Below, in pieces: positions 27,854 to 37,770 of a DNA stretch of 64,000 bases. The stretch lies in the NCBI GenBank assembly GCA_963750165.1, contig CAVVPN010000003.1:1280001-1344000 (forward strand). The letters run 5' to 3'. Every line of letters starts with the position of its first letter. The first letter of the stretch is position 1. Source of the DNA: an uncultured Gemmataceae bacterium (GTDB lineage Bacteria > Planctomycetota > Planctomycetia > Gemmatales > Gemmataceae). Below the pieces are notes generated by a model. That model did no database searches and was not told the DNA's origin. It saw only the letters and a list, made by a program, of their open reading frames with translations. The translations under genes and the position numbers were made by a program.

Positions 27854-28750
27854 ATGGACAACAAGACGTTGTGGCGGGCGTACCTGATCGAGCTGGTCGG
27901 CACCTTCGCGCTGGTGTACTTCGGCGCCGGCATCGTCTGCGTCAACCACATGACGCTGCCGACGAAGTCGGCGCCGCCGATCCAGGGCACCTACGGCGAC
28001 TCGGCCGGCAAGGAACCGCTGACCCTGTACGGCCATCAGCCGGGCCTGGTCGGCATCGCGCTGGCGCAGGGCTTCATCCTGGCGGCGCTGCTGGCGGTGA
28101 CGCTGCCGCTCTCGGGCGGCTACCTCAACCCGGCCATCACGCTCATGCTCTGGGTCTTTAACCGCCTGGACAACCGGCGCACCTGGTGGTTCATCGGCGC
28201 CCAGGTGCTCGGCGGCGTCCTGGCGGGGCTGTGCCTGCGCTATACCTTCGACGTGAAACTGCTGCACGAAGTCCGCATGGGGGCGCCGCACCTCAACCCG
28301 CTGGTCTACACGGTGGGCGACCGTGGCAGCCTGATCGCGGGCACCGGCATTGAACTCGTCTTGACCTTTTTCCTTGTCTTCGCCATCTTCGGCGGCATGG
28401 CCGAGGCGTCGCGGGCGCGCTCGGCGGCGCTGGGGGCCGGGTTCACCCTGGTGGCCTGTGTGCTGTTCGCGTTCCCGCTGACCGGCGCCGCCACCAACCC
28501 CGCCCGCTGGTTTGGCCCCGTGCTGTGGGAAAATATGCTGCCCGACCGCACCGGCCCCAGCCCGTGGGCGGACCTGTTCGTCTACCTGGCCGGGCCGATC
28601 ATCGGCGCACTGCTGGCCGGCGCGTTTTACTTCAAGGTGATGCTGCCAGTGTTGAAGCCGGACGCCGACGACCTGAACGAACCGCTGCCGAAAGCCGACG
28701 GGGCCGCGGCCGCGAAGTCCGCCACCACCGCGGTGGTCAAGAAGAAATGA
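27854..28750 (+). CDS. Aquaporin / MIP family channel
   Basis: ELVGTFALVYFG, SGGYLNPAIT and TGAATNPAR (two NPA boxes), VYLAGPIIGALLA; GGAGG RBS. Confidence 0.95.
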   Translation: MDNKTLWRAYLIELVGTFALVYFGAGIVCVNHMTLPTKSAPPIQGTYGDSAGKEPLTLYGHQPGLVGIALAQGFILAALLAVTLPLSGGYLNPAITLMLWVFNRLDNRRTWWFIGAQVLGGVLAGLCLRYTFDVKLLHEVRMGAPHLNPLVYTVGDRGSLIAGTGIELVLTFFLVFAIFGGMAEASRARSAALGAGFTLVACVLFAFPLTGAATNPARWFGPVLWENMLPDRTGPSPWADLFVYLAGPIIGALLAGAFYFKVMLPVLKPDADDLNEPLPKADGAAAAKSATTAVVKKK

Positions 28751-28775
28751 CCCGTCCACTGACCAGGGATGGTCG

Positions 28776-29377
28776 ATGCAGCCGTTGACCCTCGACGACC
28801 TGCTGCCCCTCGCCGAGTACGGCCCGCGCCGCCGTGAGTTCTTCGAGTCGTTGTGCCGTTACCTCGACCGCTACCGCCGCGTCCGCCTCGGGCCGCGCGC
28901 CGCGCTGGTGTTCGAGAATCGGCAAACGCTCTGGTTCCGCGTTCAGGAGATCATCCGCATCGCCCGCCTCGCCGACCCCGTGCGGCTGCAACAGGAATTG
29001 AACCTCTACAACCGCCTGCTGCCCGGCCCCGGCCAGTTGCAGGCGTCGCTGCTCATCACCATCACCGACGAGAGCAAACTGACCGAGGAACTGGCCCCGT
29101 GGCAGGAACTGCACGGTGAACAGCTGGCGCTGTGCGTTGGCCCGGTGCGCATCGCGTCGGAGCTGGTGACGTGCCGGCCGGAGGACCACAGCATCGGCGC
29201 GGCACACTGGGTGCAGTTCACGCTGGACGCCGCCGCCCGGCGCAACTGGCGGACTTCCGCCAGTCCGCGGCGTTCGCGCTGGAGCTGCCGGCCTACCAGC
29301 ACCGCAGCGCGCCGCTGGGTGAAGAAGTGCGGCAGAGCTTGCTGGACGACCTGGCACTGTCCGACCGAGACGGGTGA
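28776..29377 (+). CDS. DUF3501 family protein; frameshift at ~29240
   Basis: RRVRLGP, VFENRQTLWFRVQE, ELNLYNRLLP; C-terminus LADF...HRSAPLGEEVRQSLLDDL continues in ORF 29132-29377. Confidence 0.8.
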
Positions 29378-31014
29378 TCGAAAAAGGATTTCAATTCCCC
29401 GCGCCGCCCCGCCGGCCGCACCAGATGCAGCGTGCCCTCCGGCACGCTCAGGTCCACCAGCTGCGGCTGCGTGGTCTGGGCCACGCCCTCATTGCCGGCG
29501 GTGTCGCGTGCCCGCAATCGCAGGAACACGTAGGCGGGAATCTGCGTCGGCAGCTTCCACTGATACGAGCCGCTGTTCGGCAGGTTCGGTGTGCCGATGA
29601 CGTGCCAGGGACCGTCCTGCTTCTCGGCATACTCCAGCGTGATGGGGGTGTCGGCAAGGTTCTTGTCCTCGGCGGTCCACTTGAGCAGCACCACGTTGCG
29701 CTGCCCCTCGACCGGCAGCGGCGCCCACAGATTGGCCACCGGCAGCGTCGTGTCCACCTCGATGAGCATCTCCGGCACGTCGCCCGACTTCGGGGCCGGC
29801 TTACCCAGACCGACGCTGTTGCGTACCACCATGTAGAGCCCGTAGACGCCGTCGCCCGGCAGCTCCAGCGTCCGCTGATACTTGTCGCCGCTGGTTGATT
29901 TCCGGGCCTCGTCGTCTACCGCGTAGGGCTGGCCGCCCCAGGTCTTGCCACCGTCGCGCGACAGCCACAGCTCCACCGTCTTGATACCGCTCGGCCCCAC
30001 CTTGGACAGTTCGTACTCCAGCAGGACTTCCCTGTCGTTGACGATTTGCAGCGCCGGCATCCTGCCGCTGGACGTTGGCCCTGCCGCGGCCGGGTTCTGG
30101 GGCACCTGGCCGTCCGAGCGCGCCACCACCTGGCCGACCGCCGAGCCGGCCATCCCCTGCGAACCCTGGCTCGCCGGGCCCTGCCACTGGTGCGGCGGCA
30201 CGTTCATCTTTTCCACGGTCGCCATCACCGGCTGCACGGGGGGCGGGGGCGGCGGCGTGACCTTGACGGGCTGCGGCGGGGGAGGTGGCACCTGGATTTT
30301 GCTGGTGTTCGGCACGACCGGCGGCACCGACGGCACGACTGGAGCAACGGCGTTGCCGCCTGACGACGTGTTGAAGGCAATCGGCATTACGCCGTTGACG
30401 CCCGCCACCGGCTTCTGGTCCACGGACTGGTTGCCCGCCAGGTCCTTGAACGTCAGCCGTACCGTCACCGGGCTGCCACTCGTCAGCCGCACGGTGGCGG
30501 AGCCGGCCGGGCCTGGGTTCGCCTGGATCGGCTGCCACAGGTCCGCTGGCTGGTCGTCGGCGTGGTACTCCAGTTTGAAGGCGTCCTTGTCGGGGTAGCT
30601 CTCCTGGATCTCCCATTTCACGACCAGGTCGCCGTTCACGCGCTCCGCCGACGCGATGCGCACCTGCGGCCAGACGGTGTCAATGACCATTTTCAACATG
30701 GGCGGTAGGTTGGTGATGTTCGCCGGCTCCTGTTTGCCCTCGCGGTTGAGGACGGCGCGCTGAAACCAGTAATAGCCGTCGGCCTCGGCGTTGAAGCGGA
30801 AGCCGTCCTGGTCCGGCCGGATGCGACCGGCCTCGTGCCAGCTTTTGCCCTGGTCGGTGGAGCGGTACAGAATGACCTGCTGGATCTCGGCCTGGCGGCC
30901 CGGCTCGATTTGCATGGGGATTTTGTGGCCGCGCTGATTGGTGAAGATGATGTCATCCGTCACCTGTCCGGAGACCAGCATCAGGCAGGTCATGGATATC
31001 GCTTGCAAGGACAT
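29293..31014 (-). CDS. Hypothetical exported protein with repeated Ig/FN3-like beta-sandwich modules and a Pro-rich linker
   Basis: GGAGGAG RBS before ATG 31014; two similar modules (LYRSTDQGKSW / LWLSRDGGKTW, VIDT / EVDT, DLAGN / DTAGN); the true stop may be nearer 29390 because the ORF overlaps DUF3501. Confidence 0.7.
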   Translation of the reverse strand: MSLQAISMTCLMLVSGQVTDDIIFTNQRGHKIPMQIEPGRQAEIQQVILYRSTDQGKSWHEAGRIRPDQDGFRFNAEADGYYWFQRAVLNREGKQEPANITNLPPMLKMVIDTVWPQVRIASAERVNGDLVVKWEIQESYPDKDAFKLEYHADDQPADLWQPIQANPGPAGSATVRLTSGSPVTVRLTFKDLAGNQSVDQKPVAGVNGVMPIAFNTSSGGNAVAPVVPSVPPVVPNTSKIQVPPPPPQPVKVTPPPPPPVQPVMATVEKMNVPPHQWQGPASQGSQGMAGSAVGQVVARSDGQVPQNPAAAGPTSSGRMPALQIVNDREVLLEYELSKVGPSGIKTVELWLSRDGGKTWGGQPYAVDDEARKSTSGDKYQRTLELPGDGVYGLYMVVRNSVGLGKPAPKSGDVPEMLIEVDTTLPVANLWAPLPVEGQRNVVLLKWTAEDKNLADTPITLEYAEKQDGPWHVIGTPNLPNSGSYQWKLPTQIPAYVFLRLRARDTAGNEGVAQTTQPQLVDLSVPEGTLHLVRPAGRRGELKSFFDHPSRSDSARSSSKLCRTSSPSGALRCW

Positions 31015-31272
31015 GACAGTCTCCTCCCTGACGACGGCACGGCCGCGCAGTAATCCCCTGGGGATCGCCTTTAACAAAAGTATCGGTTGCGCCGCCAGCG
31101 GACTTGAACAATTTTCAGTGGCGCGACGAAAAAGGTTCAAGTTTTCCCAGATGGTCGCGGGATGTGGTGGCCCGGCGACGGCCGCCCCGCTATCTTCCAC
31201 TACAGTTTACCGCGGGCGCCTCGGCCGACCGGCCGCCGCCACTCCCGCGGCCCCCCAGGCAAGGAGTCACCC

Positions 31273-32369
31273 ATGAAACTTCACCATTATGTACTGGCCC
31301 TGCTCGGCGGCCTGGCCGCCACCGCTGCCCGCGCGGACGACTGGGTCGTCTACGAAGGCAAGGACGGCCCCGGCAAGGGCAAGCACATCGTCCTGCTCAG
31401 CGGTGACGAGGAGTACCGCTCGGAAGAAGGGCTGCCGATGCTGGCCAAGATTCTCAGTCAGCGGCACGGTTTCAAATGCACCGTCCTGTTCGCCGTGGAC
31501 AAGAACGGGCTCATCAACCCCAACAACAAGGCCAGCCTGCCGGGCGCGCAGCGCTCTTCAGCGCCGACGCCATCATCATGGCGCTGCGCTTCCGCGACTA
31601 CCCGGATGAGACGATGAAGCACTTCGTGGACGCCTACGAGCGCGGCGTGCCGATCATCGCGCTGCGCACCAGCACGCACGCCTTCCAGCCGTCCAAGGGC
31701 AGCGCGTACAGGAGCTACGGCGACTTCGGCAAGCGCATGCTCGGCGAGCGCTGGGTGAACCACTGGGGCAAGCACAAGGTCGAGGCGACGCGCGGCGTGA
31801 TTGAACCGTCGGCCAAGGACGACCCGTTGCTGCGCGGCGTCAGGGACGTGTTCGGCAACACCGACGTGTACGAGGCGTACCCGCCGAAGGACGCGAAAAT
31901 TCTGCTGCGCGGCCTGGTGCTCAAGGGCATGAAGCCGGCCGACCCGGCGGCGGCGTACAAGAAGAAGCGCGCCTCCGACAAGCAGGAGCAGGACATCAAC
32001 GGGCCGATGATGCCGGTCGCATGGACGCGGTTGTACAGGAACGAGGCGGGCCGGACCAACAAGATTTTGTGTACGACAATGGGCGCGGCGACGGACCTGG
32101 AGAACGAGGGGCTGCGCCGCCTGATCGTCAACGGGGTGTACTGGGCGGTGGGTCTGGAGGTGCCGGCGATGGCGAACGTGGATTACGTCGGCGCTTTCAA
32201 GGCGACGATGTACGGCTTTAACGGCTTCAAGAAGGGCGTGCGGCCGTCGGACCTGGCGCTGAAGCCGGGGGCGAGTCCGGGACCGACGCCGCTGGAAACC
32301 GCGGCGGCCGGCTGGCGGGTGTGGGAAAATCGGCCGGCGGCGGTGGCGGCGGCGGCGCGGCCCGAATAG
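31273..32369 (+). CDS. Secreted ThuA-like (class I glutamine amidotransferase-like fold) protein; frameshift at ~31551
   Basis: Signal peptide; LLSGDEEYRSEEGLPMLAKIL, then LRTSTHAF, PMMPVAW, TTMGAATD in the next frame; AAGGAG RBS. Confidence 0.75.
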
Positions 32370-32416
32370 ATTCCCCAGCGGAGGAGTTGCACAATCACTT
32401 TTCGGAGGGTACTGCG

Positions 32417-33076
32417 ATGACGTGGCAACGTCGTGGCTGGGCGCTGCTGGCTGTGTCGGCCTGCGCCGTGCTGCTGTTCGTGGGCGGCGGCCAGGCCCAG
32501 GACAAGGACGGCTGGGCCTATCCGCTCAAGGGGGGCGACCTGACGAAGCACTGGAAGACCACCGGCAACTGGAAACTGGACAAGGACGGCGTGGTGGCGC
32601 TGGAGCCGCGCAAGGGCGAGAGCGGTTGGACCCGCTACGACGCCTACCTGTGGCTCAAGGGCAAGTACCAGGACTTCGAGGCGGACTTCGAGTACAAGGT
32701 GGCCAAGGGCGGCAACAGCGGTTTCTACTTCCACGTCGGCGATCTGAAGGAGCCGGTCAAGACGGGCATTGAGGTGCAGATTTACGACTCCGGCAGCAAG
32801 AAGCCGGGCGCGAAGCTGTCGGACCATGACTCCGGCGGCATCATCCCCGGCGTCCCGCCGAAGAAGAACACCGCAAAACCGGCTGGCGAGTGGAACCACA
32901 TGCGGGTGCGTGTGAAGGGCAACCAGGTGACGGTGTCGCTCAACGGCGAGGTCGTCAACGAGGTGGCGCTGAACAAAGGCGCTTTCAAGGACCGGCCGCC
33001 GACCGGCTACATCGGCTTCCAGGACCACGGCCTGCCGCTGTGGCTGCGCAATATCAAGATTCGCATGGTGAAGTAG
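32417..33076 (+). CDS. Secreted DUF1080 (3-keto-disaccharide hydrolase family) protein
   Basis: GGNSGFYF, EVQIYD, GEWN, GYIGFQDHG, RNIKIR; signal peptide; GGAGG RBS. Confidence 0.92.
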   Translation: MTWQRRGWALLAVSACAVLLFVGGGQAQDKDGWAYPLKGGDLTKHWKTTGNWKLDKDGVVALEPRKGESGWTRYDAYLWLKGKYQDFEADFEYKVAKGGNSGFYFHVGDLKEPVKTGIEVQIYDSGSKKPGAKLSDHDSGGIIPGVPPKKNTAKPAGEWNHMRVRVKGNQVTVSLNGEVVNEVALNKGAFKDRPPTGYIGFQDHGLPLWLRNIKIRMVK

Positions 33077-33086
33077 AAGCTTCTCT

Positions 33087-33216
33087 GCTGCCGCTGGCGG
33101 CTTATTCGTGGGGCAGGCATTCCAGCCGGCCATTCGCCACGGCCGGCTGGAATGCCTGCCCCACGTGAAGAGGCAGACAGGAATGTCTGCCCCACGAAAG
33201 AACCGCCAGCGGCAGC
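33087..33216. repeat. GTGGGGCAG-type REP cluster (3 units, 33107-33196) enclosed by a GCTGCCGCTGGCGG inverted pair
   Basis: cgtggggcaggcattccagccggcc / ggccggctggaatgcctgccccacg plus a third unit; the outer pair also occurs without the insert at 42632-42671. Confidence 0.85.
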
Positions 33217-33239
33217 ATCGTTTTTCCCGAGGGAGCGGC

Positions 33240-34235
33240 ATGGCCGGGCGGGCGAAGGTGGTGGTGGCGGACTTCATTGTCGAATCGCTCGACCATGAGC
33301 GGCGCGTGCTCGGCGACCTGGCCGAGCCGGTGGCGCTCAACGCCATCCAGGAGGACGACCTGTTCGGCCAGGTCGAGGACGCCGACGCGCTGATGCTCTA
33401 CCATACACTGCGCCTGACGGAGCGCACCATCAGCCGGCTGCGGCAGTGCCGGTTGATCGTCCGCTGCGGCGTCGGTTACGACAACGTGGACGGCGCCGCG
33501 GCCCGGCGGCACGGCATCCCGGTCGCCAACGTGCCGGACTATGGCACCGAGGAGGTCGCCGATTCCGCGATCGGTCTGATGCTGGCGCTGACGCGCGGCA
33601 TCCATTTGCTGACGGGCCGGCTGCGCGAGCAGCGCGGGCCGTGGAGCTGGGCGCAGGTGCGGCCGCGGCACCGGCTGCGCGGCCGCGGCTTCGGCGTCGT
33701 CGGCCTGGGCCGCATCGGCACCGCGGCGGCGCTGCGGGCGAAGGCCCTGGGCATGGACGTGCTGTTCTTCGACCCCTACACGCCCGACGGCCGCGACCGC
33801 GCCCTCGGCGTCCGCCGGGCGGAGTCACTCGCGGAACTGCTGGCCCAGTCGTACGTCGTCAGCCTGCACTGCCCGCTGTCCGACGAGACGCGGCACCTCA
33901 TCAACCGCGCGACGCTGGCGCAGTTGCCGGCGGGCGCGTACCTGGTGAACACGGCCCGCGGCGGCGTCGCCGACGTGCTGGCGGTGCTCGACGCCGTGAC
34001 GCGCGGCCACCTCGCCGGTGCCGCGCTGGACGTGCTCGAAGAGGAACCGCCGCCGGACGATCACCCGCTGGTCGTCGCCTGGCGCGACCCCAACCACCCC
34101 GCTCACGATCGCATCATTCTCAACCCACACACCGCCTTCTACTCCGAGGAAGGGCTGCTGGACATGCGCATCAAGGGCAGTGAGAATTGCCGTCGAGTGC
34201 TGCTCGGCCAGCCGCCGCGCAACGTCGTCAACTGA
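33240..34235 (+). CDS. D-2-hydroxyacid dehydrogenase, CtBP-like
   Basis: RCGVGYDNVD, NVPDYGTEEVAD, GLGRIG, SLHCPL, VNTARG, PHTAFYS. Confidence 0.93.
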   Translation: MAGRAKVVVADFIVESLDHERRVLGDLAEPVALNAIQEDDLFGQVEDADALMLYHTLRLTERTISRLRQCRLIVRCGVGYDNVDGAAARRHGIPVANVPDYGTEEVADSAIGLMLALTRGIHLLTGRLREQRGPWSWAQVRPRHRLRGRGFGVVGLGRIGTAAALRAKALGMDVLFFDPYTPDGRDRALGVRRAESLAELLAQSYVVSLHCPLSDETRHLINRATLAQLPAGAYLVNTARGGVADVLAVLDAVTRGHLAGAALDVLEEEPPPDDHPLVVAWRDPNHPAHDRIILNPHTAFYSEEGLLDMRIKGSENCRRVLLGQPPRNVVN

Positions 34236-34392
34236 CGCGCCGCCTTGCTATTCCGCGGACGCGATCTATATTTGCACGTCTCCTTCTCCGTCATTACCCC
34301 TCTGCGCCGGGCGCCGAAACCCCCGGGAACCACCACCATTCACGCACGGCCAGCCTCCGGGACGGAGTGCGCGCCGCGAAAGGAATGTCGAT

Positions 34393-36744
34393 ATGTTGAA
34401 GCGTTCACGCCGCCGGTTCGCGCTGGTGCTTGAGGAACTGGAGGATCGCTGCGTGCCGGCGCTGCTCGGCCAGCAGCTGTTCCCGGCGGACAATCCGTGG
34501 AACCAGCAGATCACCAACGCCCCAGTGGCCGCCAACTCCGCGGCCATCATGAACAGCATCATCAGCACCTACGGCAACGGCCATCTGCACCCGGATTTCG
34601 GCCAGGACTACCAGAACAACTCGCCGCTGTACGGCATCCCCGTCAACGTCGTCCACGGCAACAGCGTCACGCCGACCAGCGTCGTCATTGACGCCTACCC
34701 CGGCGAGAGCGACATCGTGCCGGTGCCGCTGCCGGCCAACCCCGTTCTGGAGGGCGACTTCCAGAACGGGCCGAACCACACCGTCGGCTACGGCACCAAC
34801 GGCCGCGGCGATTCGCACCTGATCGTGTTCGACGTGGACAACAACATCGCCTACGAGTTCTATTACGCCATCCGGCCCGGCGAAACCGGCGCGACCGACG
34901 GCCACTGGCACGCGGACCAGGAGACCGTCTGGAACATGAACACCGACGAGTTCCGCACGCTCGGCTGGACCTCGGCGGACGCCGCCGGCCTGTCGATCCT
35001 CGCCGGCCTGGCGCGGCCGGACGAGGGCGACACCCCCAACCAGGGCGGCCAGGGTGTCATCACGCACGCCATCCGCATGACGCTGCAAAACGCCGTCATC
35101 CTCGATCAGTTCATTTACCCGGCGTCGCACGTCGCCAACAGCAACACCAACGCCGCCATCGACCCGCCGATGGGCGCCCGCTTCCGCCTCAAGGCGAGTG
35201 TGGACATTTCCGGCCTCAACCCGGAGTCGAAGATCATCGCCCAGGCCATGAAGGACTACGGCCTGATCGTGGCGGACAACGGCAGCAACTTCTACATCTC
35301 CGGCGCCAGCTACTCCGTCAACGCCAGCAACCAGCTCACCTCGACCTGGGACGACAACGACATCCAGGACACCGTGCATGGGCTCAAGAGTCTGCCCTTC
35401 TCCGATTTCGAGGTGGTCGATCTGACGCCGGTGGTCACGGGCCTGAGCGCGAACAGCGGCCCGGCCGGCACGCAGGTGACGGTGATCGGCCAGAACTTCT
35501 CGGGCGCCGCGGGCCATTTGCAGGTGTTTTTCGGCAACACGCCGGCCACGTCGGTGACCGTGGCGGACGACAGCCATGTCCTCGTGACGGCGCCGGCCGG
35601 CACCGGCACCGTGGACGTGCGCGTGCAGTCCGGCGTCACCACGGGTCCCGACTCGCAAAACATTGAGAGCACGATTTTCGGCTATGGCACTTCCGCGCTC
35701 TCGGCCAATGATCGCTTCACCTATGGCGCCGCCGGCTCGACGGGCACGATCAGCGGCACCATGTTCCTGGACGTCAACGCCGATGGCCAGCGCGGCGCCG
35801 GCGAGGCGGGGCTGGCGGGCCGGACGGTGTTCCTCGATACCAACGGCAACGGCGTGCTCGACCCCGGCGAACTGACGGCGGTGACGAACGCGGCCGGGCA
35901 GTACCAGTTCCCAGGGCTGGTCGCGGGCACCTACCGGGTGGTGGAGCGGCTCGACCCCGGCATGACCGCGACCACGGCGAGCGCCGCCACGGTGACACTG
36001 ACGGCCGGCGCGAACGTGACGGGCCTGAACTTCGGCGATGTGGTGGCCAGTCCGGTGTCGCCAGTGATCGTCAGCGCCGACCGCTTCGCGCCGCACCCGA
36101 ACCCGGACGCGAACACAGCCTTTGTCAAGGGACTGTATCACAACCTGCTCGGCCGCGACGCGGACCCCAGCGGCCTGAGCGGCTGGGTGAACCAGCTCGA
36201 CCACGGCTGGATGTCGCACACGCAAGTGACGCTGGCCCTGTGGAACTCGGCGGAGCATCGCAGCCAGCAGGTGACCGCCTACTTCCTGACGTACCTGCGC
36301 CGCGCGCCCGGTGCCAGCGAACTGGCCAGCTGGGTGCAGTGGATGCAGGCGGGTCTTACGGAAGAGAATGCGGTCACGGCGATCCTGATCTCGCCGGAGT
36401 ACACCGCCACCCACTCCACCGCGGCCGCGTTCGTGAGCGACCTTTACTGGGATGTCCTCGGCCGCGCCGGCGACGCCACCAACCTGGCCGGCCTGCAAGC
36501 GGCCCTGAGTGCCGGGACCATCAGCCGCGCCGCCCTGGCCAGTGCCTTTGTCCGCTCGTCGGAAGCGCACCAGCGGGCGGTGGACGGTTACTTCGCCGCC
36601 TACCTGCACCGCGCCGCCGGCGCCGCCGAGGAGCAGAGCTGGGGCGCGGCGCTCGACAAAGGCCAGTACAGTCTGGCGTCGGCCGCCACGATGATCCTGG
36701 CCAGCGGCGAGTATTTCGCCGACGCCCAGGCCGACGGACGCTGA
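34393..36744 (+). CDS. Planctomycete extracellular multidomain protein (LEDR leader, unnamed domain, IPT/TIG, SdrD-B-like, DUF4214-like)
   Basis: LEELEDRCVPA leader; PVVTGLSANSGPAGTQVTVIGQNF; ISGTMFLDVNADG / DTNGNGVLDPGE; FVKGLYHNLLGRDADPSG repeats. Confidence 0.85.
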   Translation: MLKRSRRRFALVLEELEDRCVPALLGQQLFPADNPWNQQITNAPVAANSAAIMNSIISTYGNGHLHPDFGQDYQNNSPLYGIPVNVVHGNSVTPTSVVIDAYPGESDIVPVPLPANPVLEGDFQNGPNHTVGYGTNGRGDSHLIVFDVDNNIAYEFYYAIRPGETGATDGHWHADQETVWNMNTDEFRTLGWTSADAAGLSILAGLARPDEGDTPNQGGQGVITHAIRMTLQNAVILDQFIYPASHVANSNTNAAIDPPMGARFRLKASVDISGLNPESKIIAQAMKDYGLIVADNGSNFYISGASYSVNASNQLTSTWDDNDIQDTVHGLKSLPFSDFEVVDLTPVVTGLSANSGPAGTQVTVIGQNFSGAAGHLQVFFGNTPATSVTVADDSHVLVTAPAGTGTVDVRVQSGVTTGPDSQNIESTIFGYGTSALSANDRFTYGAAGSTGTISGTMFLDVNADGQRGAGEAGLAGRTVFLDTNGNGVLDPGELTAVTNAAGQYQFPGLVAGTYRVVERLDPGMTATTASAATVTLTAGANVTGLNFGDVVASPVSPVIVSADRFAPHPNPDANTAFVKGLYHNLLGRDADPSGLSGWVNQLDHGWMSHTQVTLALWNSAEHRSQQVTAYFLTYLRRAPGASELASWVQWMQAGLTEENAVTAILISPEYTATHSTAAAFVSDLYWDVLGRAGDATNLAGLQAALSAGTISRAALASAFVRSSEAHQRAVDGYFAAYLHRAAGAAEEQSWGAALDKGQYSLASAATMILASGEYFADAQADGR

Positions 36745-36851
36745 AACCCTCTTTTCTGCCGCTTGCGGCGGAACGCAAGCGTGGACGCAGCGTCACCAGT
36801 CCACTACCCTCTCAGCAAAGACAGTGGACCACGTTCCAGAGATTCCACGCC

Positions 36852-37751
36852 ATGAGCCACATCAACCAGCAACCGCGCATCAGCGTCTTTCCCAAGTGCT
36901 TCTTCGACGATCTCTACCACCGCCGCATGGACTACCTCGACTGGTTGCGGCAGGCGGCGACGCTCGGCGCCGAGGGCGTCGAACACTACGACGGCTTCTT
37001 TCAGAGCCTGGACGACGCCGGCATCGAGCCGGTTCGCCGCACCCTGGCGGAGACGGACCAAATCTCCTCCATGCTCTGCTTCTCGCCTGATTTCACGCAC
37101 CCCGACGCGGCGGAGCGGCGCCGCCAGGTCGAGCGCCAGTGCGCCGCCATCGACCTGTGCGTCGCCCTCGGCATCCGCCACTGTCGCACGCTCAGCGGCC
37201 AGCGCTTCCCCGGCATGACACGGCAGGAGGGTGTTGAGCGCACGGTGGACGGCATCCGTCGGTCGCTGGAACACGCGGAGCGGCGCGGCGTCGTGCTGTG
37301 CCTGGAGAACCACTACAAGGACGGCACCTGGCAGTATCCTGAATTCGCGCAGCCGGAGGATATTTTCCTGGAAATCCTGGGCCGCGTCGATTCGCCACAC
37401 CTCGGCGTGCAGTACGACCCGTCCAACGCCACCGTCGGCGGCTATGACCCGCTGGCGTTCCTGGAGAAGGTCAAGACGCGCGTGGTGACCATGCACGCCT
37501 CGGATCGCTACCTGGCTCCCGGGGCAACGCTCGATGAGCTGCGCCAGGCGGACGGCAGCATCGGCTACTCGGACAAGCTGCGGCACGGCGAGACGGGCAA
37601 GGGGCTCAACGATTACGACACGATCTTCCGCACGCTGGCCGGCGTGGGCTTCACGGGCTGGATTTCGGTCGAGGACGGCGTGAATGGCCTGGACGAACTG
37701 CGGCGCTCCGTTGAGTTCCTGAAACGCAAGCGGCAGCAGTATTACTCGTAG
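36852..37751 (+). CDS. Sugar phosphate isomerase/epimerase (AP endonuclease 2 TIM barrel)
   Basis: LCLENHYKD, QYDPSN, MHASD, GWISVED metal-binding motifs. Confidence 0.9.
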   Translation: MSHINQQPRISVFPKCFFDDLYHRRMDYLDWLRQAATLGAEGVEHYDGFFQSLDDAGIEPVRRTLAETDQISSMLCFSPDFTHPDAAERRRQVERQCAAIDLCVALGIRHCRTLSGQRFPGMTRQEGVERTVDGIRRSLEHAERRGVVLCLENHYKDGTWQYPEFAQPEDIFLEILGRVDSPHLGVQYDPSNATVGGYDPLAFLEKVKTRVVTMHASDRYLAPGATLDELRQADGSIGYSDKLRHGETGKGLNDYDTIFRTLAGVGFTGWISVEDGVNGLDELRRSVEFLKRKRQQYYS

Positions 37752-37770
37752 TACGGTCGGGCCGTCCGCA

